A stretch of DNA of 64,000 bases from a virus: the IMG/VR virus record IMGVR_UViG_3300025426_000014; one strand, 5' to 3'. This document shows positions 48,434 through 57,502 of the stretch, piece after piece. A model generated the notes under the pieces. That model searched no databases. It worked only from the letters and a program-made list of their open reading frames with translations, and had not been told where the DNA came from. Within the stretch, counting starts at the first letter, position 1. Every line of letters begins with the position of its first letter. Made by a program: the position numbers and the translations under genes.

Positions 48434-50414
48434 TATATTCCTTTAATAACCATTCTTCGTCATTGATATTCTTTAGTTGATCAGGACGAGCATTATCTAT
48501 AAACTCTCTAGCATGTTGAGCACCTAGCTGTGCATACTCACCAAATGGTTTATTTGAACCTTTTGTAAGCCAATCATTGTATCTTTCTTCATGTTCAGAG
48601 TTATCTGAATCATAGACCATGTTATAGCATAACTTAACACATTCTCTAAAGGCACTGCGCCAAGTAGCATACTCACTGGTATTAAAACGGGTTGTGTTAC
48701 TAACTTCTTCTATGACTTTGAGTTTTTTAGTCACAGTAGTAGAAAAGTCTAATGTAGTCCAAGTTTTACGATGTAATACATAAGCACGTGGTAATAGTTT
48801 AACACCGCCATTGCCATAAGTCAAACCATTGATAGGATTACGACTGTGCCAAATATAAGCACAGTCTCTATCAAAGATGCCTGGCTGGAAGTTAAACGAC
48901 CAATCGTCTTCCAAATATGCATCACCGTCTACTACAAAGAACATGTCTGTTTCACATAGTTCGGCGGCGGCTTTATGTGCAGCCATGATACCTTTGACTC
49001 CATCTACTCGTTGTGCATATGGAGCAAACTCTAAAACTCTTTGCCAGTTTTCTTCTGCATTGTCTTCGTTGTAACTGATAAACACCACATCGAGTGGTTC
49101 AAACAATGGAGTAACAATACCCATTTCCTTTGTACCTGCGGGATTATCAACTAGACTCATGGTCAATGCCCATACATTGTCTTGATTCCATTCTGGATCA
49201 AGATACCAAACATGCTTGAAGTCTTTGTCGTGATAAGGAATGTTGTAGTCAACTTCCATTTCCAATCTAGGCAACTTGGGATTCTTTTGAATGTTGACTG
49301 CGGGAAATACTGTGCCCACATACTTGTCGCCTTTGGGTTTATCCACATAGGAGCCAGTAACAGCAACTATGTCATAGCCTGTACTAGTAACTGTATCCAG
49401 TTTCCAACAATGCCTATATTCAAACTCTTTATGATGTGCTACATGTTCTTCTATGCCTTCAAACTGCATTCCTTCTAGATCAGGATGTAGTTCGTAGGTC
49501 ATTATGGGACTAACATAGTCAACAATAATCCGTTGTTTGGTTTTGGCTGATGCTTTTATCTTAAATGCCCAAATCTCTTTTTCTTCAGTCTTTTTATGTT
49601 TGTTGTCTAACATCCAAACATGTTCGTAATTTAAGTTATCCCACGACACAGAATAACTAACATCATAGTCTAACTTTGGAAGTTTAGGATTGTATTCGAT
49701 TATGAGTTCAGGACTCACCGTACCCACAACTTTGGCAGGCATGGGCTTTCTATATTCGGGAGTAAACTTTACGGCCCAAACATCCCCGTCTGTATTATAT
49801 TCTGGATCTAGATTGTAAACACATTCATAGGCCAAATCCCAATAGGGAGGGCATAGTTCATCTATGTTTAGATTGAAGTCTGGAAGGTCTGGGTTAAATG
49901 ACACTTTGACATTTGGGGTTAGATCCTCCATTACATGTGTGCCTTTAACTGCTATACCGGAAGGTATGCATTTGTACACCCATACACGATCTTCTAGTGG
50001 ATTGAACCTAGTATCCATATACCAAACTAGTTCTCGTTGCCTGTGCCATGTACCAGGATCGTAGGTGTTTACTGGATCATCGACAAAAGTCATCATGCGA
50101 TCTAGATCTGGATTCTTACGCCAAATCAGCTTGGGCTTTTCCAATATGATTTCTTCATAGCCATCACTGGGTTTCCAATAGCTATTAAAACATTTGGCAA
50201 TCCACTCTCCGTCCATGCCCCAAACTATACATTTGTCAGATGCAGGAACATTATGAATATAGTGATGTAGATCCGGATCTACTAGCCAAGGGTTGATAAC
50301 TAGAAAACGCTCTTCATCGCATAGTTGTTGTAGCTCAAGGTCATAGGCAACAGGGTCGCCTTGCCATTTTATCTTTTTAACCAGTTCGGGATCTACTCTG
50401 TAAATGTCTGCCAT
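48405..50414 (-). CDS. GT-A glycosyltransferase with ~5 N-terminal ~67-aa repeats
   Basis: C-terminal DVVFISYNE, RVDGVKG...AH..AA, FFVVDGD (DxD), NPINGLTYGNGGVKL, WRSAFRECVKL; repeats NP.LP...VW.LD...VWA......G.V.P. Confidence 0.72.
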   Translation of the reverse strand: MADIYRVDPELVKKIKWQGDPVAYDLELQQLCDEERFLVINPWLVDPDLHHYIHNVPASDKCIVWGMDGEWIAKCFNSYWKPSDGYEEIILEKPKLIWRKNPDLDRMMTFVDDPVNTYDPGTWHRQRELVWYMDTRFNPLEDRVWVYKCIPSGIAVKGTHVMEDLTPNVKVSFNPDLPDFNLNIDELCPPYWDLAYECVYNLDPEYNTDGDVWAVKFTPEYRKPMPAKVVGTVSPELIIEYNPKLPKLDYDVSYSVSWDNLNYEHVWMLDNKHKKTEEKEIWAFKIKASAKTKQRIIVDYVSPIMTYELHPDLEGMQFEGIEEHVAHHKEFEYRHCWKLDTVTSTGYDIVAVTGSYVDKPKGDKYVGTVFPAVNIQKNPKLPRLEMEVDYNIPYHDKDFKHVWYLDPEWNQDNVWALTMSLVDNPAGTKEMGIVTPLFEPLDVVFISYNEDNAEENWQRVLEFAPYAQRVDGVKGIMAAHKAAAELCETDMFFVVDGDAYLEDDWSFNFQPGIFDRDCAYIWHSRNPINGLTYGNGGVKLLPRAYVLHRKTWTTLDFSTTVTKKLKVIEEVSNTTRFNTSEYATWRSAFRECVKLCYNMVYDSDNSEHEERYNDWLTKGSNKPFGEYAQLGAQHAREFIDNARPDQLKNINDEEWLLKEYNVRFGREES

Positions 50415-50462
50415 ATACTAGTAATTATACTAGCATAAAATAGAAAGTCAAGTTATAGATTA

Positions 50463-52820
50463 TCAGTTAGGTGGGGTAGCAGTGATTGTAGTAGGATTAC
50501 CCGAAGCGTCAAATCCAATAAAATATTGAGTAGTAGGTCCGGATGGGCCGATTTGTGTAATTCTATTTGGATCATTGGAATAGTAATACATCAAATACTG
50601 CACAGAAGTCAAAGTGGTATCAACAATATTATCTCCACTAGTAGTAGACAATGAAGGGTTCACGCCCACTGTTAAGTTGCCGTAACCATCTGAAGAAAAA
50701 TGTGCTATATATTGTCCGCTGAAATAGTTTGAATAGCTTTGTCCAGCAGCAATAGGATAGGATAAACTGGGCGGTACAGGTATATCGAGATTAGGTTGAG
50801 CTCCGGTAACTTTGACTCTACCTATCTCTGCCCAAGTGTGATTTAGAGCATACAAAGTACTCCAAACAATGTTTCCTTGACTATCAGTTATTTTTATAGC
50901 TGCGGCACCTGGACCAGCTTGATTTGTCACTGTCCAACTCGGACTGTGTATTCCGGCTGATAAAGAAATAGTTCCAGTTAACGAAGTGTTCCATCCGTTA
51001 CTATCAGTTTGAGTAGCTATTACCGTTCTATCTAAACTGAATGATCCTATGTTATCACAAGAAAACTCCCAAGTAAAGGTATCAGCATTTCTAACAACAA
51101 AGGGACTATAGTATTGACTATATGTACCGGTAAGTCTTACATCCGAAAACCAAACACCGTAGGTTTTTAAGAATGTAGACCAGTTGCCAGCGCCCGGACC
51201 ACCCCCAGGACCAGCATAATATAAACTCCACTGTTCGTTTAGATTAGGAGATCTTAACTGTGTTACAGGTGTTAGGGATTGTAATACGTTTTGATCATAT
51301 TGGTAGACCTGGTTAGTGCCGCCGCCGCCCCAACCAAACCCGTAGGTCAAATATGTTTGACCGTTTATCATATCATAACTAAATGCTATCAATCCGTTGT
51401 AGTTATTTTCTGCACTTATCCAACTGCCTATGTTATGATCGACAGGTACGTTTACATTAAAGGTACAAGGTAAAGATCCTACCGCAATCTGTGTAGCATC
51501 CGGATCTAGATAGTTTACAGTAAGTGTTAATGTAGGAGTATAGGTACCATTTCCGCTTTGTGAAGTATCTATGTTTATAACCATTACAAGCGGATTAGCA
51601 GCATAGTTAGTAGAATAGTAAGGGAAAGAAGTACCAAGACTCAATGAACCCAGATTAGACCACGATGCATCGATGTAGTAGTTAGGATTAACAACTCCTC
51701 CGTAGAGACCTACTGCAAGATTGATGTTTTGTGAAGTAGTAATAAGTTCAGAAAGGCTAGTAATCGGAGTGCCGCCGACAAAGAATCCAATACCAAAGTT
51801 AGCCTGTACCGGATTGACCACTTGTATTGTACCTATGTTCGTTACAATGTCTATAATGTTATTATATAGGCCGCCGCTTGCCCCTAGGTTATTATTTTGC
51901 CAAGTCAATGTTAGTGTAGTACTGGCATTTGGAGCCAATGTTGCAGTACCTAATGAAGATGTAAATGTTATATTATACGATTTTGTAGGATCATTAATAT
52001 AGTTTATACTGCTAATAGTTATGTTACTATTACCGTTGTTAGTCAGTGTTAATACTGCGGTATTGGCTGTATTTCCTGTAAGTGTTTGTAAGACCACTGA
52101 AGAAACAGTTAGTCCTACACCTAAACTAGGTGCAACGGCAAATATACCTGCATTGTTAGGACTTATACTGGTCTTGTAAATTGCATTACCAGATATAGTA
52201 GTATTCACTCCGGGGGTATTAGGAGTAACCGTTGTGGTAATAGCAAATCCGCTGCCATAGCCAGTGATGGACACAGATTGATGCCCTAGGTTATCAGTTG
52301 TTGGGCCTGTTATAGGACCCACAGTATGAGATATAGTAGGATTGTAGTTAGTTGCTGAAAATGATAATCCTGTAACTAAATCCGTTGTCAGTGAGCCACC
52401 TAGATTAAAGAATCCATTCGCTAATGCGTTTGAAGACCAGTTAAAATCAACTGTATAGGTTGTAGTAGTGCTAGTAGTAAATGATATCGGTGTGTTTACA
52501 GTTGCTATTTGACTAGGATGTGCATTAAGATAATAAGTTATTCTATTACCTATTTCTGTTGTCAAAATAGTATACATCGATGTAGACACAGCAGAACCAA
52601 TAGTTGCAGGACTGATTGATGTAGTTTGATTACTTTGGTGTACATCTGCTCGATTAGTATCTGCTAGTAATCTATTCCAATCGCTGGCTCTGATCAGTTG
52701 ACCCGATGTTACTGCGGTACTAACGGCTTGGCCGGCGGCATCATAGGTATTTCCATATAACGAACTTATGGAGTTTTGTAAAGTATTAAAACTGTCTGCA
52801 CTGGCGATTGTATTTGGCAT
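50463..52820 (-). CDS. Virion structural/adhesion protein (Ig-like and PA14-like modules)
   Basis: T/S/G/N-rich; LTLTNNGNSNITISSI Ig-like segment; FSCDN.G...LD....LSAGIH PA14-like segment; TAAATA 7 nt before ATG. Confidence 0.6.
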   Translation of the reverse strand: MPNTIASADSFNTLQNSISSLYGNTYDAAGQAVSTAVTSGQLIRASDWNRLLADTNRADVHQSNQTTSISPATIGSAVSTSMYTILTTEIGNRITYYLNAHPSQIATVNTPISFTTSTTTTYTVDFNWSSNALANGFFNLGGSLTTDLVTGLSFSATNYNPTISHTVGPITGPTTDNLGHQSVSITGYGSGFAITTTVTPNTPGVNTTISGNAIYKTSISPNNAGIFAVAPSLGVGLTVSSVVLQTLTGNTANTAVLTLTNNGNSNITISSINYINDPTKSYNITFTSSLGTATLAPNASTTLTLTWQNNNLGASGGLYNNIIDIVTNIGTIQVVNPVQANFGIGFFVGGTPITSLSELITTSQNINLAVGLYGGVVNPNYYIDASWSNLGSLSLGTSFPYYSTNYAANPLVMVINIDTSQSGNGTYTPTLTLTVNYLDPDATQIAVGSLPCTFNVNVPVDHNIGSWISAENNYNGLIAFSYDMINGQTYLTYGFGWGGGGTNQVYQYDQNVLQSLTPVTQLRSPNLNEQWSLYYAGPGGGPGAGNWSTFLKTYGVWFSDVRLTGTYSQYYSPFVVRNADTFTWEFSCDNIGSFSLDRTVIATQTDSNGWNTSLTGTISLSAGIHSPSWTVTNQAGPGAAAIKITDSQGNIVWSTLYALNHTWAEIGRVKVTGAQPNLDIPVPPSLSYPIAAGQSYSNYFSGQYIAHFSSDGYGNLTVGVNPSLSTTSGDNIVDTTLTSVQYLMYYYSNDPNRITQIGPSGPTTQYFIGFDASGNPTTITATPPN

Positions 52821-52897
52821 AGAATAATATTTACCTAAAAATGTATTTGTGCATTTAGTGTGTTGTAAATATAGTTAACCTAGCATATAATAAGAAT

Positions 52898-53656
52898 ATG
52901 AATAAATTTAAACATTCCGGAGCCTTTGGCGACCTCATTTATAGTCTCCCCATTATGAAACATTTTGGTGGAGGTGAGTTTTATCTGCATCTTAACCAAA
53001 TCGATTGGATTGGCATGCACTACTATGGTAGTCCTCCAAACCCATTCCATAAGGGCAGATTAACTCCCAGTGATTTCAAATATATGAAGTCATTTATGGA
53101 AGCACAAGCGTATGTTACCAAGTTTGATGCGTTAACTCCTCAAACTGAAATAACTCATAATCTAGATAGATTCCGTGTGCCATTTGTTGGACACCCCGGA
53201 AACTATGTGGACATCTACAGTGATGTGTTCAACATTCAAGATAAAGACACAGTGCGTAACACCCCTTGGTTAACCGTACCTAATCCGCAAACTATTGAAG
53301 GTCGAACTATTGTTATCAATCGTACAGAACGATGGATTCCCACCCAACTATCCACAGTTTGGGAAGATTGGCGTTCACAAGGCATGGACCAAGAAGCTGT
53401 GTTTGTTGGCTTGCCCAACGAATATGAAAAGTTTAAGAAAGACATCGGTTGGGATATTCCTTATCATGAAACCAAAACAATGTTAGATTTGGCAGAAGTT
53501 ATTGCAGGCTGCGATCAGTTTGTGGGTAACCAAAGTCAAGCTCTAGCATTGGCCATCGGGCTAGGCGTTCCTGTGTGTTGTGAAGCAAGACAAGATTTGC
53601 CTATTGAACGCAACGAATGTTACTTCCCCGATTTAGAACGTATCCAATACTTTTGA
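52898..53656 (+). CDS. GT9 (heptosyltransferase)-like glycosyltransferase
   Basis: HSGAFGDLIYSLP; LDLAEVIAGCDQFVGNQS..LALAIGLG.P. Confidence 0.75.
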   Translation: MNKFKHSGAFGDLIYSLPIMKHFGGGEFYLHLNQIDWIGMHYYGSPPNPFHKGRLTPSDFKYMKSFMEAQAYVTKFDALTPQTEITHNLDRFRVPFVGHPGNYVDIYSDVFNIQDKDTVRNTPWLTVPNPQTIEGRTIVINRTERWIPTQLSTVWEDWRSQGMDQEAVFVGLPNEYEKFKKDIGWDIPYHETKTMLDLAEVIAGCDQFVGNQSQALALAIGLGVPVCCEARQDLPIERNECYFPDLERIQYF

Positions 53657-53685
53657 TTGACTTTTGAATAGACTCATATTATAAT
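53657..53685 (+). promoter_or_regulatory. sigma70 promoter
   Basis: TTGACT-17-TATAAT, then AGGGAG SD. Confidence 0.8.
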
Positions 53686-53715
53686 ATGTTTTTAACTATC
53701 CTTAGGGAGATTGCT

Positions 53716-53862
53716 ATGAACACATATCGAGTTTGGGTTGCTATTCAAGGCCGTCAGGTTACTACCCACGTTCTACTTAATGCGGGCAACTACATTGAAG
53801 CCCAACAGATTGCCGAATCTATGTACGGACACGGCAATGTATTAAACGTAACTCTAGCATGA
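53716..53862 (+). CDS. Small hypothetical protein (48 aa)
   Basis: Not in track; MNTYRVWVAIQGRQVTTHVLLNAGNYIEAQQIAESMYGHGNVLNVTLA with own promoter and SD. Confidence 0.7.
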   Translation: MNTYRVWVAIQGRQVTTHVLLNAGNYIEAQQIAESMYGHGNVLNVTLA

Positions 53863-53866
53863 GCAA

Positions 53867-53977
53867 TTAATCTTTTTGAAGAGACTTTATATGGGCTTTT
53901 CTAAATCCAAAATAATATTGTCCCGAAGGTATATGTCTAATTTTATAGACATAGGCTGGAATGGTGTTTAAATACAT
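53867..53977 (-). pseudogene. Truncated GIY-YIG homing endonuclease remnant (36 aa)
   Basis: MYLNTIPAYVYKIRHIPSGQYYFGFRKAHIKSLQKD*: Y-V-Y...Y-Y-F-G bipartite motif; SD AAGGA, 5' hairpin and TAAATA (54044-54039) upstream. Confidence 0.65.
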
Positions 53978-54059
53978 TGCTGATAAGGTCCTTTCTTGTT
54001 AGAGTAGTTGGGAACGCCAATTCCGCGAACTACACCAATATTTATGCAGGAAATGAGAT

Positions 54060-54828
54060 ATGATTAAGAAACAAAGACTGGGCATTATCCAGTCGAGGGG
54101 GTTGGGGTGACATTCTTATCTCCCTTCCTATTGCGAAACATTATTATGACGAGGGTTGGGAAATCCTGTGGCCCGTGGCTGATGTATTTCTCGACAATGT
54201 AGTCAATCATGTACCCTGGGTCAAATGGATTCCAGTTCCAGTAGACCCCGGCCCATTCTTCTATGACGTTCCCATGCAACGTCTTAAAAACTTCAAGGTC
54301 GACGAAGTCCTGTGCCTATACAATGCCCTAACCGGACATCCTGAGTTCACAGCCCGACCTGAGTTCCAACTCATGAAGTTTGATCAATATAAGTATTCTG
54401 TAGCAGGGGTTCCTTTCCTTAAGAAGTGGACTTTGGCTGATTGCATTACAAGGGATTATGATGCTGAAGGTACGCTTTACAAAAAACTTGGGAGTCCTGA
54501 ACATTTTGCCATTCTTCATTTGGATGGTAGCGATTACCGTGCTGGGTTTGACACTAGTATTATCCCAGAGGATTGGCAACAGATTGAAATCAAAGAAGGA
54601 ATGACGCCCAGCGTGTTTAACTGGATTGGTATGCTATCTAACGCAGAGTCTATTATATGTGTAGACAGTGTGTTTAGCAACCTAGTTGATCAAATGAACC
54701 TGGGCACGGATAGATATTTTATTCCACGCAGTCATATCCAACTCACCCCGGTATTGGGCAATGATTGGACTATCATGGACTTTGACGATGCCACAAAGAA
54801 ACGCGTAACTATTTTTGGAGCAAGTTAA
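54060..54828 (+). CDS. GT9-like glycosyltransferase interrupted by a +1 frameshift at 54105-54110
   Basis: ATG 54060 (AGGA SD) gives MIKKQRLGIIQSRGLG then TGA; the +1 frame continues DILISLPIAKHYYDEGWEILWPV into track ORF 54175..54828 (ICVDS.FSNL). Joined product 255 aa with RGLGD motif. Confidence 0.75.
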
Positions 54829-54829
54829 A

Positions 54830-55537
54830 ATGACAAAACCTATTATCGTAGGAGATAGCAATGATGCTACAGTATGCACTGCCTCCAACAACCAGTTAGA
54901 AACCTACATCTATTTTCCTACACCCGTTTACAAGATCAATAAGCCCGAATATCTAAACGATGTTAGGGCTGTAATGACAGACAAAATCGACGACGTCAAA
55001 AAGAATAATACACTGCACCCAATCTACCCTGTATATCAAACTGATACCCTATTAGGCATTGAACAAGTCAAACCCTTTCTGGACTACATTGGTTCTACTT
55101 CCTGGAATGTATTAGAATCACAGGGCTATGACATGGACAATTTCAGTGTGTACTTTCATGAAATCTGGGGTCAAGAACACTATAAACACAGCCTGCACGA
55201 AGAACATGTACACGGCCATGGGTGTCAACTTGTGGGCTTTTACTTTTTAGATACCCCCATGGACTGTGGCCGATTGGTAATTCATGACCCCCGACCAGCC
55301 AAACGTCTAGTAAATCCTCCCGAAAAGGATGCATCACTAGTGAGTATGGGCAGTACCGCCATTAACTTTGAAACTACGCCCGGGGATCTATTCATAGTGC
55401 CCAGCTGGGTACCGCATAGTTTTAGTAGACATGGCTCCGAGAGCCCCCTACGATTTATTCACTTTACCATTGGGCTTGGTCCCAATGCACCTTCTATCGA
55501 CACAGACCACCCACCCCCAGCCGTAGAAATAGTATGA
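54830..55537 (+). CDS. 2OG-Fe(II) oxygenase-like protein (TIGR02466/2OG-FeII_Oxy_5 type)
   Basis: FPTPVY, W......H..HVH, GFYFL, DPRP, G.L...PSW.PH; start corrected to ATG 54830. Confidence 0.78.
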   Translation: MTKPIIVGDSNDATVCTASNNQLETYIYFPTPVYKINKPEYLNDVRAVMTDKIDDVKKNNTLHPIYPVYQTDTLLGIEQVKPFLDYIGSTSWNVLESQGYDMDNFSVYFHEIWGQEHYKHSLHEEHVHGHGCQLVGFYFLDTPMDCGRLVIHDPRPAKRLVNPPEKDASLVSMGSTAINFETTPGDLFIVPSWVPHSFSRHGSESPLRFIHFTIGLGPNAPSIDTDHPPPAVEIV

Positions 55538-55788
55538 GCACCAATACATACCACATAAGATTCAACAAAAGCCGAGGACAACCTGGCAGGGGCAGTCAAG
55601 ATCATGTATGGCGTGTGTTTGAAAACGGCCAAGAATACTTGTTTAAACACTTCAGGATCGAAGGCCTAACGGTAACAGACAGCGTTACTGGTAACGGTAC
55701 CAATGACGATTGGAATATGAGCTGTGAGGGTTATATGACTATAGACCGTGACACATCCACTGCTGTCATTACTTCAACACCAAATTAA
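55534..55788 (+). CDS. Hypothetical protein
   Basis: YHIRFNKSRGQPGRG..HVWRVFENG; coupled ATGA start. Confidence 0.7.
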   Translation: MSTNTYHIRFNKSRGQPGRGSQDHVWRVFENGQEYLFKHFRIEGLTVTDSVTGNGTNDDWNMSCEGYMTIDRDTSTAVITSTPN

Positions 55789-56282
55789 GATACAACGTCC
55801 CAAGTCCAGGTATCAAAATTCCAAGTATAGTTTTGGCCATCTGAAGGCATAATCGAAGCTATTTGCCAATCGTTTATTTTACCATTCCAACGATATGCTT
55901 GACCATCAGGTGGTGTTGGTCTTGGCGTGGGTGGGACCATTGTACAAGTTGTTTTATCCAGTGTCCATGCTGTGAAATTATCAGCAAAAGGCCTATTAGC
56001 CCACGTTTGAATTACATTGTTTTGTTTACGGGCAATTTCTTCATCCGTCATGGGCACCGCAGACCAGTTATCTTGCCAAGTTTGGCCGTCACTGGATAAT
56101 ATGTATGAAGTTGCGGGTTTTTCATAAACACCCAGAGTTATTCCAGCATTGGCAAATGGTGTTCTTGTAAATGGTGCCCAATCGTCGGGAATTTTGCCAA
56201 ATGCTTGTATTAGATTTGTATCTACTGCTGGATGATTAACCGTAGTACCATTCACTATTTGAATGTATAAATTTGTGCTCAT
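55785..56282 (-). CDS. Tail fibre-associated protein
   Basis: PPTPRP..DG..Y.W...W C-terminal modules; follows the Gly-rich fibre gene. Confidence 0.55.
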   Translation of the reverse strand: MSTNLYIQIVNGTTVNHPAVDTNLIQAFGKIPDDWAPFTRTPFANAGITLGVYEKPATSYILSSDGQTWQDNWSAVPMTDEEIARKQNNVIQTWANRPFADNFTAWTLDKTTCTMVPPTPRPTPPDGQAYRWNGKINDWQIASIMPSDGQNYTWNFDTWTWDVVS

Positions 56283-56299
56283 TGTATTTTTTTACCTTG

Positions 56300-57223
56300 T
56301 TAACCAACATTTGTTGATGGGAATGAACGCGAAGTTCCTGGCCAAACGATTCGAACCACACCATTTCCACCCGATGCTGCTCCGCTGCCGCCACCCCCAC
56401 CCCCGCCGCCCCCGTAGTTGCCGCCTTGTCCTCCACTGGAATTGCTGCCGCCCGAGCCACCCTGACCAGGACCACCACTGGCTCCTTGGCCCCTATAACC
56501 AACGCCCCCGCCGCCATGATTGCTGTTGCTACCTGCGCCCCCGCCGCCGCCGCTACCGGATTGATATCCGGGTTGACCAGTACCACCACTGCCACTATAA
56601 CCGCCAGCGCCGCCTGCCCAGCCTAGTGAGCCTCCATTGCCGCCATAGCCACCGCCACCCCCGGCATAGGATCCACCGTTACCACCATAAGCATAACTAC
56701 TGCCGCAGCAACAACCTGCTGCTGCGCCGCCACCGCCGAGGCCAGCTACTTGCCCGCAGCTAATGAACCAAGAATCAAAACCATTGCCGCCCCCACCAGA
56801 ACCATTGCCTACCTGCAGGTTATAACCAGAGCCGGGCGTAACAGAAATGTTATTTCGCCAACCCAGACCTCCACCCCCACCGCCTGCGTAGAAACTTCCA
56901 TTATAACAAGCGCCGCCACCTCCACCACCAATAGCAACCACACTCACTGAGGTAACCCCAGCAGGAGCAAACCATGTGTAGAGTGACGAAGCGCCGCATG
57001 AAAAGTAAGTCGCACACCCACTAGAACTCTTTCCATAAAAGTCACTGAAACTAATACGGGTACCACTGCCCGCTTTTCCCGCCAAACTGCGTAGCGTGGA
57101 GCAGTTCAAACTCAGTGTGGTACGGGCGGTGTCGCCTACTTCAGCGCCGATTTGGTTACGGGATCCACTGCCGCCGGTGCAGTTATTATTCAATCCCAAT
57201 GTGCCTGATGATTTAATGGTCAT
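56300..57223 (-). CDS. Glycine-rich tail fibre/adhesin protein
   Basis: ISFSDFYGK N-terminal module; PAGVTSVSVVAIGGGGGG, GGGGGLGW.NNISVTPG; poly-Gly loops; GVVRIVW. Confidence 0.75.
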   Translation of the reverse strand: MTIKSSGTLGLNNNCTGGSGSRNQIGAEVGDTARTTLSLNCSTLRSLAGKAGSGTRISFSDFYGKSSSGCATYFSCGASSLYTWFAPAGVTSVSVVAIGGGGGGACYNGSFYAGGGGGGLGWRNNISVTPGSGYNLQVGNGSGGGGNGFDSWFISCGQVAGLGGGGAAAGCCCGSSYAYGGNGGSYAGGGGGYGGNGGSLGWAGGAGGYSGSGGTGQPGYQSGSGGGGGAGSNSNHGGGGVGYRGQGASGGPGQGGSGGSNSSGGQGGNYGGGGGGGGGSGAASGGNGVVRIVWPGTSRSFPSTNVG

Positions 57224-57283
57224 ATGTATGTGGCCGCCCTATAATATATCTCATGGTATTTATCGACTTTAAATACAAGTACA

Positions 57284-57502
57284 ATGAAAGCCTGGGAACC
57301 CATAGACACCACACCAGTGGCACGCCTTTACAATCAAAATGGCCGTGGCATCAGCATATACCTCAACGATCTCACAATCCTAGCATGGTTTGAAGCCACT
57401 CAGCCCCACAATGAGTGGACTTGGTTTGACTACCCAAGAACACTGACCATGACCGCCCGAGTCTATACCATGTTCTTGCTCAAATTTGGCAGCGGTATAT
57501 AA
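57284..57502 (+). CDS. Hypothetical protein
   Basis: 72 aa; TAAATA 8 nt before ATG. Confidence 0.55.
   Translation: MKAWEPIDTTPVARLYNQNGRGISIYLNDLTILAWFEATQPHNEWTWFDYPRTLTMTARVYTMFLLKFGSGI

Noticed and set aside
54108-54149. TGA readthrough (Sec/Trp recoding) in the GT gene, or an alternative genetic code
   Set aside because: Reading through TGA hits another TGA at 54147 and does not reach the GT frame. TGA and TAG act as normal stops elsewhere, and coding density under code 11 is high.
56300-57223. High-GC segment as a foreign island
   Set aside because: Largely explained by poly-glycine (GGN) codon content.
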